Of a DNA stretch of 64,000 nucleotides, positions 44,635 to 53,543 are shown in pieces (the first letter of the stretch is position 1; each line of letters opens with the position of its first letter). The DNA is taken from IMG/VR virus record IMGVR_UViG_3300045988_182866. One strand, given 5' to 3'. The DNA comes from a virus. The translations under genes were made by a program, and so were the position numbers. The notes below the pieces were generated by a model. The model was not told the origin of the DNA, searched no databases, and was given only the letters and a program-made list of their open reading frames with translations.

Positions 44635-46713
44635 TTATCCAAATAAAATATTCAAAATAAATTCTGAACAAGTTGTTTCAAGAAGGTTTTCTTCATTCTC
44701 TTCCTGTCCCCTTTGCCTTCGCCATTCAAGGGCATCATAAATCATGCCTGTTTCCGGATCATATTCCAAAAATCTTCCTGAAGTTGAATCTTTCCAAAGA
44801 TAATGCCCATTATTCAGGCGTTTACTCTTTTTGGGAGGAATAAATCCATCGGGAGCCTTCTTGGGATATTTTTCTTTTTTAGTTGTTTTTTGTTTAGCTT
44901 TTCTTTGTTTTTTAGAAGAATCGCTTAAACGCTTTGTATCTTGAGATGCTTGAGATTGTTTTTCTGAAGAATAATCTTCTCCGTCAGTAGCTCTGGCATC
45001 TTCTCCCTCAAATTCAGTTCCTTGATTTGGACTTTCAGGTTGAGGCGGAGGAGTTCCTCCTTCAGTTTTACCAAAAGAATCCCCCTCACCTTTATTTTCA
45101 GAAGATGTATTGTTCTTTTCAGAAGTTTTATCATTTTGAGTTCCATAATTATTAAACTTCCGGAAAGCAGCAAAAATATTAGGATTTTCTCCACCTTTAT
45201 TGCTATCTATCCATCTTTTAATTTGACTGTCTACAGGTCCTTCAGTGGCGATTGTACTTCCATTAACTGCTCGGTATTTCTTAAATCCAAATTGAGGATT
45301 ACTGGAAAAATTACCTTGTTCATCCACCGAAGAAAGTTCAGAATTGGTTAATAATTCTTCAATATAATTGATAACTTTTTCACCAAGGAATTCAGTGAAA
45401 ATAGATTTTTCAAAAGCTTCTGCGATAGGAGTAACTTTTCTGGAACCTTTAACACCACTGACTAAAACAAATTCAGTTAAAATACCTTTAGACTTAAGTC
45501 CATCAACTAACATTCTTCCCAGACGTTTAGTAGTATCAGAATAAAAATCAGATTTAATATCTGACATTATTTTGTTAAAATCAGTTTCAGCCTGAGGATA
45601 ATTATCTTTAAGAAAATCTTTAAAAGCCTCTTTCTGATTATTGTCAAAAAGAACAAGGTAAAGAATAGGCTTATTAACAGAAGCCTGTTCTCTTTGAGTC
45701 TTTTCAAATGTTGTTTCTTCTTTAATCAAATTAAAAGAATTTTCTTGATATGAAGAATTAACAATTTCTGTACTGTCGGATTGTTGCTGTTCTGGATTTT
45801 GTTCTTGATTTTGATCCTTCGACTGACCTTGTGAATTATTCTGTTTATTGCCTATTTGCTTATTTTCATAGGTATAACCAATATAATCAAGAATTTTATA
45901 AACTTGAGGATCTTTAACAAATGGGCTAATCGGTTGTCCAGATGCCATGAATTTATCATTCAAATATTTGAAGATAAGATATTTGTCATCTTTTTGGTAA
46001 TCTTGAATTTCTTTTTTAGCATCAGCCAAATTCTTTTTAAGAGTATCAATACCTTGCCCTATACTCAAATCAGTATTTCCAAGAGTTTTATAAATGTTAT
46101 AAGCTCCCCGAATCCCGCCTTTAGCAGCTTGGTAAGCTTTGCCGGCAGTGGATGTTGCTCCAGACGGATTAGTTTTTAATGATTTAGGAAGAAAATTATT
46201 TCCGCCATGCATTGCAGTTGATGTATCTTCTTCCTTCAGAGTATAATCAACTTCAATCTTCTTATCAGAAATATTATCTTTTGAAATATCGATTAAAGCA
46301 TCAAGTTCATTTTTAAGAAACTCTTGTCCTAATAAAACTTTATTTTTATTATTGGACCTGTTACCAACCGTAAAAGGAACATTTAAAAATTCATCAGTGG
46401 CAAACTTAACATCAAATAATACTACAGGACGATCTTCAGTTTGGCCGGCTCCAATATTAATTGTAATAGTGTCCTGAACTTTTTTAGAAACCCTGTGATC
46501 TTTACCATTCTCATCATAGGTAGTAAAAACTACAACATCGCCTTGATAATAAAAATCTTCGCCATGAATTACATTAAAGGCTCCATTACCGCTATCGACT
46601 TTGGCTAAAATATCTCCAACTCCCTTAATAAAAATAGGTTCTTCAACTCCAACTACTAATTTTTCCAGCCAAAGTTGATAATTTCTTTTTCTCAAATAGT
46701 TTAAAGCTTTCAT
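44635..46713 (-). CDS. Large hypothetical protein (692 aa) with a possible N-terminal retropepsin/Zn-protease-like fold and a basic K/R-rich C-terminal region.
   Basis: The long ORF carries an AKVDSGNGAF motif near the N-terminus and a C-terminal KKQRKAKQKTTKKEKYPKK stretch. Both assignments are weak. Confidence 0.55.
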   Translation of the reverse strand: MKALNYLRKRNYQLWLEKLVVGVEEPIFIKGVGDILAKVDSGNGAFNVIHGEDFYYQGDVVVFTTYDENGKDHRVSKKVQDTITINIGAGQTEDRPVVLFDVKFATDEFLNVPFTVGNRSNNKNKVLLGQEFLKNELDALIDISKDNISDKKIEVDYTLKEEDTSTAMHGGNNFLPKSLKTNPSGATSTAGKAYQAAKGGIRGAYNIYKTLGNTDLSIGQGIDTLKKNLADAKKEIQDYQKDDKYLIFKYLNDKFMASGQPISPFVKDPQVYKILDYIGYTYENKQIGNKQNNSQGQSKDQNQEQNPEQQQSDSTEIVNSSYQENSFNLIKEETTFEKTQREQASVNKPILYLVLFDNNQKEAFKDFLKDNYPQAETDFNKIMSDIKSDFYSDTTKRLGRMLVDGLKSKGILTEFVLVSGVKGSRKVTPIAEAFEKSIFTEFLGEKVINYIEELLTNSELSSVDEQGNFSSNPQFGFKKYRAVNGSTIATEGPVDSQIKRWIDSNKGGENPNIFAAFRKFNNYGTQNDKTSEKNNTSSENKGEGDSFGKTEGGTPPPQPESPNQGTEFEGEDARATDGEDYSSEKQSQASQDTKRLSDSSKKQRKAKQKTTKKEKYPKKAPDGFIPPKKSKRLNNGHYLWKDSTSGRFLEYDPETGMIYDALEWRRQRGQEENEENLLETTCSEFILNILFG

Positions 46714-46714
46714 A

Positions 46715-47113
46715 TTAATTTAAAGGAATGGAAATAATTTGCGGGATAGTCACTCGTTTATTTCCAACATTTATAGTTTGCTGAAGATTAATCCCAGAGT
46801 TTAACTGGGTAATATAATCTTCCAGAGATAAAGAGATAGCAGTTAAATCAGCAGTCAATAAAGATCGAAGATAGGATAATTGAGGAGAATCAATTTCATT
46901 AGAGCAATTTTGAGAAATAATATCCAACTTACCTTTAATAGAACAAATCAAATCCTGCAAGCTTTGCTGAGATTCCAATGCTCCTGTCGGCGGTTGCCCT
47001 ATAGTTGGTTTTTCAACCTCCCAATTAAACGTATTCGACTGATTATAGCTTTCTTCAAAGATCCCTTCAGAAATATCTTTTAAAATCTCTAAATTTTCTT
47101 CGTCAAGAAACAT
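46715..47113 (-). CDS. Hypothetical protein (132 aa).
   Basis: ORF track. Confidence 0.4.
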   Translation of the reverse strand: MFLDEENLEILKDISEGIFEESYNQSNTFNWEVEKPTIGQPPTGALESQQSLQDLICSIKGKLDIISQNCSNEIDSPQLSYLRSLLTADLTAISLSLEDYITQLNSGINLQQTINVGNKRVTIPQIISIPLN

Positions 47114-47116
47114 ATT

Positions 47117-47147
47117 TTGTATTTAAAGACAATTCTCGTGATATAAT
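47117..47147 (+). promoter_or_regulatory. Candidate sigma70-type promoter with an extended -10 (TGaTATAAT) for the gene at 47163.
   Basis: A -35-like hexamer TTGTAT with a 19-nt spacer, then TG-n-TATAAT, lies in a divergent intergenic gap about 15 nt upstream of the ATG. Confidence 0.3.
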
Positions 47148-47162
47148 GACTTTATAAAAGTT

Positions 47163-47900
47163 ATGAAAATTGCCGTTTCAGGAACAAGTTGCTCAGGTAA
47201 ATCTACATTAATTCGTGAATTTATTAATACCTTTAAGATGTATAAAACCCCGGCCAAAACTTACAGAGATAGGTTAAAAGCCGAAAAGATAAATCATTCA
47301 AGTAAAACCTGCGAAGAAACGCAAAAGTTTATCTTGGATTATATGATTGATCAATTGACAGAACTTAAGGATGAAAAGTATATCATTTATGATCGTTGTC
47401 CTCTCGACGTTCTTGTTTATACTGTTTTAGCAGCTGAAGCAAATCAGGTTAGTGAAGAATTTTTGGTCGAGACTATTCAAAGGGTTCGAGATTCTCTTAG
47501 TTTATTAGATGTAATCTTTATTTGTCCCTTTGATGATAAGATCAAAATCATAGATAATGGCACCCGAGATACTGACATCAATTATATTAAGAAAGTTGAT
47601 TCTGTCTTTCAAAATTTAATGCAGCAGTATTATACTGATTTTGAAGCTGACGTTTTCTTCCCTGTTAAAGATTGCCCTGGTATTATTAATCTTGAAAATC
47701 TTAATAACCGTTTAGGAGACATTAAAATTATTATTAATCCAAATGGAGACCTTTATTCTGCTGAAGATGATAAGAATCTTCAGGCTTACTATCTCGGTGG
47801 GAATCAGGTTTCTAAAGCTGACAAGACTCGAGGAATGATGGAATCCTTGATTGAACGTCAGGAATTTTTGCTTCCTCGTACTGAAATTGAAGGATTATGA
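47163..47900 (+). CDS. P-loop NTPase / putative kinase (AAA_28/NadR-kinase-like).
   Basis: The N-terminal Walker A reads MKIAVSGTSCSGKSTLI and a downstream DRCPLD Walker-B-like segment is present. Confidence 0.55.
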   Translation: MKIAVSGTSCSGKSTLIREFINTFKMYKTPAKTYRDRLKAEKINHSSKTCEETQKFILDYMIDQLTELKDEKYIIYDRCPLDVLVYTVLAAEANQVSEEFLVETIQRVRDSLSLLDVIFICPFDDKIKIIDNGTRDTDINYIKKVDSVFQNLMQQYYTDFEADVFFPVKDCPGIINLENLNNRLGDIKIIINPNGDLYSAEDDKNLQAYYLGGNQVSKADKTRGMMESLIERQEFLLPRTEIEGL

Positions 47901-48338
47901 TTTAAGAGGAAGCGGATCTAACGGAATAGTAACTCCTGTTGGAAGATTGGGGAAAGATGCAGGGTTAAGATTGATAATTTCAATTAACGTATTAATACCA
48001 GTTACAACCTCATTATAATTTGAAATATCATTCAAGTTTAACTGGTTAACTGCATCTGACAAGTTATTCTGGTCTGAAGAAAGATTATTAACAACAATGG
48101 TAGAAGTTCCGATTTTATCGATTTGGTCAGAAGAAGCAGAATAAGAATTCCACATTTCATTAAACTGAGAGCCGAAAGAAACATTGTCAAGTGTAATGAT
48201 AAAAGATGCAAAATCAAGTAAAGTAGTTGTACCTTCAGCTGTTTGGACTAAAAATTTATCTCCATCTCGAATATCTTGAATTAAAGACAAATCATTTATG
48301 CTTGCCCAAACTTTATTTCCATCTTTCTGAATAGCCAT
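47895..48338 (-). CDS. Hypothetical protein (147 aa).
   Basis: ORF track. Confidence 0.4.
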   Translation of the reverse strand: MAIQKDGNKVWASINDLSLIQDIRDGDKFLVQTAEGTTTLLDFASFIITLDNVSFGSQFNEMWNSYSASSDQIDKIGTSTIVVNNLSSDQNNLSDAVNQLNLNDISNYNEVVTGINTLIEIINLNPASFPNLPTGVTIPLDPLPLKS

Positions 48339-48395
48339 GATTATTAATATTTAATGGCACCTTCTAATTTTAAGAAATAGATTAAATTAATAAAA

Positions 48396-48794
48396 ATGGA
48401 TTTTCGCACTGAATTTTTTCCTTTGTTAAACAAAGCATTATATAAAACTGAAACAGATGTCTCGGAACATATTGTTTCTAATTCGGATATGTTTTTGTTT
48501 AATCGTTATACTTCATTTTATAATCCCGGATTAGTAGGAATTATAAATGAAACAATGAATAAATTTGGTAAAAGCCTTTATTTCGATAATTCAGGACCTT
48601 ATCTTTACCAAGTTCTTAAATCAATCTTTCCAACCTTGAATAAAGGAAGAATTAATTATATTTCTAAAAAGAAGTCAGAATTAGTAAAAGGAGCAGATAA
48701 TTTTGTTAAGAAATATTCTCGAAAATATAATATATCTGAAAGAGAAGTTTGGGGAATGTTATTCCTAGTAGAAAAAATAAACGAAAAATATTAA
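48396..48794 (+). CDS. Hypothetical protein (132 aa).
   Basis: ORF track. Confidence 0.4.
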   Translation: MDFRTEFFPLLNKALYKTETDVSEHIVSNSDMFLFNRYTSFYNPGLVGIINETMNKFGKSLYFDNSGPYLYQVLKSIFPTLNKGRINYISKKKSELVKGADNFVKKYSRKYNISEREVWGMLFLVEKINEKY

Positions 48795-48798
48795 AACC

Positions 48799-49209
48799 AT
48801 GGTTAAAGACGTAGATGATTATTATAAGATTCCTGAATTTGTTATTGACCTTAACAAGCAGGAATATAAGGGAGATATGGGTCTTCAAGATTATTGTTTA
48901 GACTGGGTATCTTATGATACCATTCTGCTTGATATGATTGACCTTGAAGAAGGATTTAAGAAAGTAGGTCAGTTTTTAACTGCAACTAATTCCGATATTA
49001 AAGCCTGGCGAAAAGGACAAGTTAAAATGATTGGTCCTCGAGTAAAAGATTATAAGGTTGGTGATATTGTAATTTTCCCGGGAATTCATGGTCTTGAATC
49101 TGGAGGTCTTTATATTACCAATGAATCGGGTGAACGAGAATATGTTAAGCATGGACATTTCCTTAGCGAAGGACGTATTTTCGGTAAAGTACATAATATT
49201 GAAGAATAA
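48799..49209 (+). CDS. Hypothetical protein (136 aa).
   Basis: ORF track. Confidence 0.4.
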   Translation: MVKDVDDYYKIPEFVIDLNKQEYKGDMGLQDYCLDWVSYDTILLDMIDLEEGFKKVGQFLTATNSDIKAWRKGQVKMIGPRVKDYKVGDIVIFPGIHGLESGGLYITNESGEREYVKHGHFLSEGRIFGKVHNIEE

Positions 49210-49568
49210 TGGATAGAAACAGATTAGAAAATCTCTTATTTGACAATATTTTGATTATTAGTTTTTTTCGACGGACTTACCCTGTTGGGAGAGTCCGTCG
49301 AATGATTTGTACCAAGTCGGATATTTTAACTTCTTTTCAAGGACGAGTAAATTTAAATTATCGACCGCCGAAGCATTCACCAACAATAAACCAGAAAGAA
49401 CATAATATTGTTATAGTTTGGGATATTCTTTGTCAAGATTATCGTTGGATACCTTGTGAAAGTGTTAACATTATTGAAGTAATTCCTAAAAATGAATTTT
49501 GGAATTATTATAATAATGCTTTACTTCCGATGAGTAAGAGAGATAAGATTGCATTTATGAATGGTTAA
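49209..49568 (+). CDS. Hypothetical protein (119 aa) with a strong GC-rich hairpin embedded near its 5' end.
   Basis: ORF track. A 9-bp stem CGACGGACT/AGTCCGTCG lies at 49267-49298 inside the frame. Confidence 0.3.
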   Translation: MDRNRLENLLFDNILIISFFRRTYPVGRVRRMICTKSDILTSFQGRVNLNYRPPKHSPTINQKEHNIVIVWDILCQDYRWIPCESVNIIEVIPKNEFWNYYNNALLPMSKRDKIAFMNG

Positions 49569-49570
49569 TC

Positions 49571-49909
49571 ATGGAATTTGTAGAAATAGAAAAATTATTT
49601 GATAACTTTTTGCTTTATGATATTAACATTTATCATGATGATAAGCTTTTTAAAACAGGAAAGCTAAAAATGGTAACAGTTAAAAATCATTATATTAAAT
49701 TTTTTATTGAAAGTGCTGGAAGTATTAAAGTATTAGAGTTATTTTATCCATTTAGTTTTAAACAAACTGATAATAAGATTATCTTTGATTATAAAGTTGA
49801 TACAGTCACCAGGGGGAATAAGCTTCTTAATCTAAAAATAGCAAATTATAAAGAAGAGATTTCTTCTAAGTTTTTGAATAGTACAGTAACTTTTGAAATT
49901 AAAGGATAA
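49571..49909 (+). CDS. Hypothetical protein (112 aa).
   Basis: ORF track. Confidence 0.4.
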   Translation: MEFVEIEKLFDNFLLYDINIYHDDKLFKTGKLKMVTVKNHYIKFFIESAGSIKVLELFYPFSFKQTDNKIIFDYKVDTVTRGNKLLNLKIANYKEEISSKFLNSTVTFEIKG

Positions 49910-51528
49910 TGGATTTTAAAAAATACTTTCCTTCTCAATATAAGCCTAATAAAAATCAGGAATATATTCTTGAAGAATTGAATAAAGCCTGGAATCTAGG
50001 AAAGAAATATATTATTATCAATGCTCCGACAGGTTCAGGTAAAAGTATAATTTCTAAAACAATTGCACAGTCTGCTCCCGATATTTCTGCAACTTATCGA
50101 GATTTTGTAGATTCGGGGGCAATTTATGATATAGAAGAGGATGATGTTCCAGATTCCCTTAAAGAAGGAACAGCTATTTTAACTGTTACCAAATCTCTTC
50201 AGGATCAATATAAAAAATTGTTTCCTGAAGATACTATGCTAAAAGGGAAATCAAACTATCCTTGTTCCATGGTTCCAACTCTTTCATCTGATTTGGGACC
50301 TTGTGTTTTTGAACCTGAGCAAAAGGAACTCTGCATTTCTTGTGGACAATGTGAATATTTCTTAAAAAGAGATGAGGCATTAAAGCATAAATGTTCTTTT
50401 TATTCTTATTCAATGTTTATGAGTCTTCCTCCGGCTTGCAGGGCTAAAAGGAATATTATTGCTGATGAATGTGCAGAATTAGAAGATTTATTGGTTCAAT
50501 CTTATACAGTTCCTTTTAATTTTAAGATTTTGAAAAAGCTTAATATTGAGATTCCTCCTACGCCAACTCAAGGTTCTAATTATGAAAAATATATTCTTTG
50601 GCTGAGGAGTGCGAAAGCTTCAATTTATTCTACTCTCGTAGAAAAAAGAAAAGAAATGAGAGGCAAGGACCTTAAGAAAATGAGTAAAGAAAAGAAACTT
50701 GTTTTCCGAGCCATTAATATTTTTAATGATTCTTGCGACAAGGTACTTGACATTATCGATAATAATGAATTTATTATTGAACATAATAAAGAAGAGTTAA
50801 TTTTTAAACCTTTTAAGGTTGATAAAATTGCCCAACGATTGTTTAAGCATTGTGATCTAGTGGTTCTTATGTCAGCTACTATTATTGATTATAAGAACTT
50901 TGCCAAGCAATTGGGAATTAAGGAGGACGAGTATTATTATATTGAATCGGCATCTACATTTGATCCTAAGAAAGCCCCAATTCATTTATCTAATTTTCTT
51001 TCTGTTTCTTATTCAAACAAAGCTTTAGTAATTCCCCAACTTTGCAAGATTGCTAAACAGATTTGTGAAAATTATAAAGGAAAGAAAGGTATTATTCATA
51101 CTCATACCTTTGAAATTACCGAAGCATTTAAAAAGGCAGTAGGCAATAATCCCCGTTTTCTTTTTAGAGAACCAGGAAAAACTAATGAATTTCTAATTAA
51201 TGAACATATTGAACGAAATGATGATACAATTCTTGTGTCTCCGTCAATGACTCATGGTGTTGACCTTTGTGGTGCCTTGGGAGAGTTTGCCGTTATTTTA
51301 AAAGCTCCATTTCTGCCATTGGGCGATGAACGAGTTAAACGATTAGCGCAAGATGATAAAGAATGGTACACTAATAAAATGCTAGGCGCTTGTATTCAAA
51401 TGTGCGGGCGCACTATTAGAAATGCTTCTGACGAGGCAGTAACTTATATTTTAGATGGAACATTAACTAAAAGCCTAATTCAAAATAAAGATAAACTTCC
51501 AAAATATTTCCTAGAAAGATTTGTATAA
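49909..51528 (+). CDS. Rad3/XPD/DinG-family (Fe-S cluster) SF2 helicase.
   Basis: Walker A reads NAPTGSGKS. A four-Cys cluster (PCS...PCV...CISCGQC) sits between Walker A and the Walker B DECAE, as in XPD-type helicases. Size is 539 aa. Confidence 0.6.
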   Translation: MDFKKYFPSQYKPNKNQEYILEELNKAWNLGKKYIIINAPTGSGKSIISKTIAQSAPDISATYRDFVDSGAIYDIEEDDVPDSLKEGTAILTVTKSLQDQYKKLFPEDTMLKGKSNYPCSMVPTLSSDLGPCVFEPEQKELCISCGQCEYFLKRDEALKHKCSFYSYSMFMSLPPACRAKRNIIADECAELEDLLVQSYTVPFNFKILKKLNIEIPPTPTQGSNYEKYILWLRSAKASIYSTLVEKRKEMRGKDLKKMSKEKKLVFRAINIFNDSCDKVLDIIDNNEFIIEHNKEELIFKPFKVDKIAQRLFKHCDLVVLMSATIIDYKNFAKQLGIKEDEYYYIESASTFDPKKAPIHLSNFLSVSYSNKALVIPQLCKIAKQICENYKGKKGIIHTHTFEITEAFKKAVGNNPRFLFREPGKTNEFLINEHIERNDDTILVSPSMTHGVDLCGALGEFAVILKAPFLPLGDERVKRLAQDDKEWYTNKMLGACIQMCGRTIRNASDEAVTYILDGTLTKSLIQNKDKLPKYFLERFV

Positions 51529-51530
51529 AA

Positions 51531-51782
51531 ATGAAAAGAGATTATAACGAAAAATGTTTAGAAGCGTTGGAATTGGTCTATACAAAGTATGGAATTGATA
51601 TGAATAACGCACCGGCTGAAAAGATGATTGATGCAATTACTTCTGAATTGGGTTGTTCAATAGGTTATCATATCATGTCTACTAAAGATGCGAAGCCAAT
51701 TGATGAAAAAGAATTAGTACTTAATGCTCTAGAAGATGATTATCTCAATGAAATTGGATTGAAGAATATTCTTTTAGCCTAA
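51531..51782 (+). CDS. Hypothetical small protein (83 aa).
   Basis: ORF track. Its stop and start overlap the neighbouring genes. Confidence 0.4.
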   Translation: MKRDYNEKCLEALELVYTKYGIDMNNAPAEKMIDAITSELGCSIGYHIMSTKDAKPIDEKELVLNALEDDYLNEIGLKNILLA

Positions 51783-52309
51783 TGAAGATCTTTTACACTG
51801 GAGTTGGGAATAGAGATACTCCTCATGAGTATCTTGAAAAGATGACAGCCCTGGCTTCTTTATTAGAAAAAGAAGGCTGTATTCTCAGAAGCGGAGGAGC
51901 GGAAGGAGCTGATACCGCTTTTGAAAATGGTGTAAGATCTCTTTACAATAAAGAGATTTATCTTCCATGGACTTTTTTCAATAATAAAGTCCATGGATAT
52001 GTTACACCTTTAGATTTAATAAATTGTATTGATGAAATTCTTAGTAGAGTTCATCCCAATTTCAGTAATCTTCGAGAAAGCACATTAAAGCTTCATCGAA
52101 GAAATGTTCTTCAGATTTTAGGGCAGGATTTAGTGACTCCTTCTCATTTTGTTTTATGTTATACCCGGGACGGAGCTGAAACTTTTACTTCTTTTGAAAC
52201 TGGAGGAACTGGAACTGTTATAAGATTGGCAAATCATTATAATATACCTGTTTTTAATTTAAGAAATAAAAACTGGGCTGATCGATTTAAAGAATTTATG
52301 AAAGGCTAG
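51782..52309 (+). CDS. DprA/Smf-like (SLOG Rossmann-fold) protein.
   Basis: GVGNRDTP...LRSGGAEGADTAFENG matches the DprA motif GSR..S...VSGlA.GID.aAH.gAL. The VFNL segment near the C-terminus also fits. Confidence 0.45.
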   Translation: MKIFYTGVGNRDTPHEYLEKMTALASLLEKEGCILRSGGAEGADTAFENGVRSLYNKEIYLPWTFFNNKVHGYVTPLDLINCIDEILSRVHPNFSNLRESTLKLHRRNVLQILGQDLVTPSHFVLCYTRDGAETFTSFETGGTGTVIRLANHYNIPVFNLRNKNWADRFKEFMKG

Positions 52310-52318
52310 TCATTAAAG

Positions 52319-53428
52319 TTGACTAGTCTTTTTCATTTTAAATACTTGACAATGTTGGACCAGCAATATAATTCTGAAATTGAAATTCTTTTAGCCCAAT
52401 TCCTTAGTGCTTTTGATGATTGTGTAATTAGAAGAGGCAAGGATGAAAATGGAAAAGAAAAATATATTGTTCCACGTTATCTTATCGGAAATAAAACACG
52501 GGTTTTTACCGACATTGTAAATGCCGCTGGTAATATTACCTTACCGGTTGTAGTTGGAGAGGTCCAGTCAATTGCTTTCGACAGTACAAGATCTTTTAAT
52601 AAGCAGCTACAGCCAAGAACATATATGTCTCCTAAGGAGATAAGATATAAACAGCCTACTCCTATTAAAATCAATCTTAGCGTAAATTTTTATACAAAAT
52701 TCTTCGGAGATATTTGGCAAATGTTTACTAATTTTGCTGCATTTACTAATCCCTATTTTTTTATATCCTGGCAGACTCCTCAGGAATTACAGACTGGCTC
52801 TCAAGAAATAAGATGTCAAGCTTTATGGGGCGGTAATTTTGTAATTGATTACCCTCGAACAGCCGAAGAAAATCAAAATTGGCTTATTCATGGAACATCC
52901 GAATTTACTATTGAAGGATGGATTTTCAACAGGCCTTCTCAAAAATTCGGAGTTATTACTTCGGTAGAGAACGAAATGGCTTATAATACAAATGTAGCTA
53001 AAATTGGAGAAAAAGGAATAGAATATTTTAATAAAGATGGATGGCCTTCCATTACTAATGTAATTGTCGATAATATTCGGTTGAGAAAAGGAATTGAAAA
53101 TTATATTTCGATTGAATCTGAAAAAACTTTAATAATTGAAGGGCGGTCTTTTTTCGCCAATCAATGCACAGGACTCTTAGTTAAACCAGTTGATCCTATT
53201 GATTTAGAGCCAGAAGGACTGACCCCTGTTACCATTGATACAATTAAGATGGGAGAAGTTTCTGGATTTGCAATTACTGAAGAAATAATCTCAATGAGTG
53301 AAAATCTTATTAAATTTAAACTGCCTAAAAGTTTAGTTACAGGAACTATATTTGACATTTATGTTTTTAATAATGCCGGATTTACTTCTATCTCAAAAGA
53401 AAAAGGATTCTTTATTAAGATTGTTTAA
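52319..53428 (+). CDS. Hypothetical protein, possibly virion-associated (369 aa), immediately upstream of the portal gene.
   Basis: ORF track. Its position next to the portal gene is the only functional clue. Confidence 0.45.
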   Translation: MTSLFHFKYLTMLDQQYNSEIEILLAQFLSAFDDCVIRRGKDENGKEKYIVPRYLIGNKTRVFTDIVNAAGNITLPVVVGEVQSIAFDSTRSFNKQLQPRTYMSPKEIRYKQPTPIKINLSVNFYTKFFGDIWQMFTNFAAFTNPYFFISWQTPQELQTGSQEIRCQALWGGNFVIDYPRTAEENQNWLIHGTSEFTIEGWIFNRPSQKFGVITSVENEMAYNTNVAKIGEKGIEYFNKDGWPSITNVIVDNIRLRKGIENYISIESEKTLIIEGRSFFANQCTGLLVKPVDPIDLEPEGLTPVTIDTIKMGEVSGFAITEEIISMSENLIKFKLPKSLVTGTIFDIYVFNNAGFTSISKEKGFFIKIV

Positions 53429-53543
53429 ATTCCACACTTAAACATTTTAAGAATATTTTAAAATAAAATGAAAGTATTTTAAATGGCAGCAAACTAAAGA
53501 TTTAATAAAGACTTATTTTAAAGGACTTTAAATATAGAAAATT

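Noticed and set aside
49267-49298. GC-rich hairpin as a terminator for the upstream gene.
   Set aside because: The T-run precedes the stem on the plus strand and an A-run follows it on the minus strand. The hairpin also lies inside an ORF. It is a structure, not a canonical terminator, so it is left as a note on that ORF.
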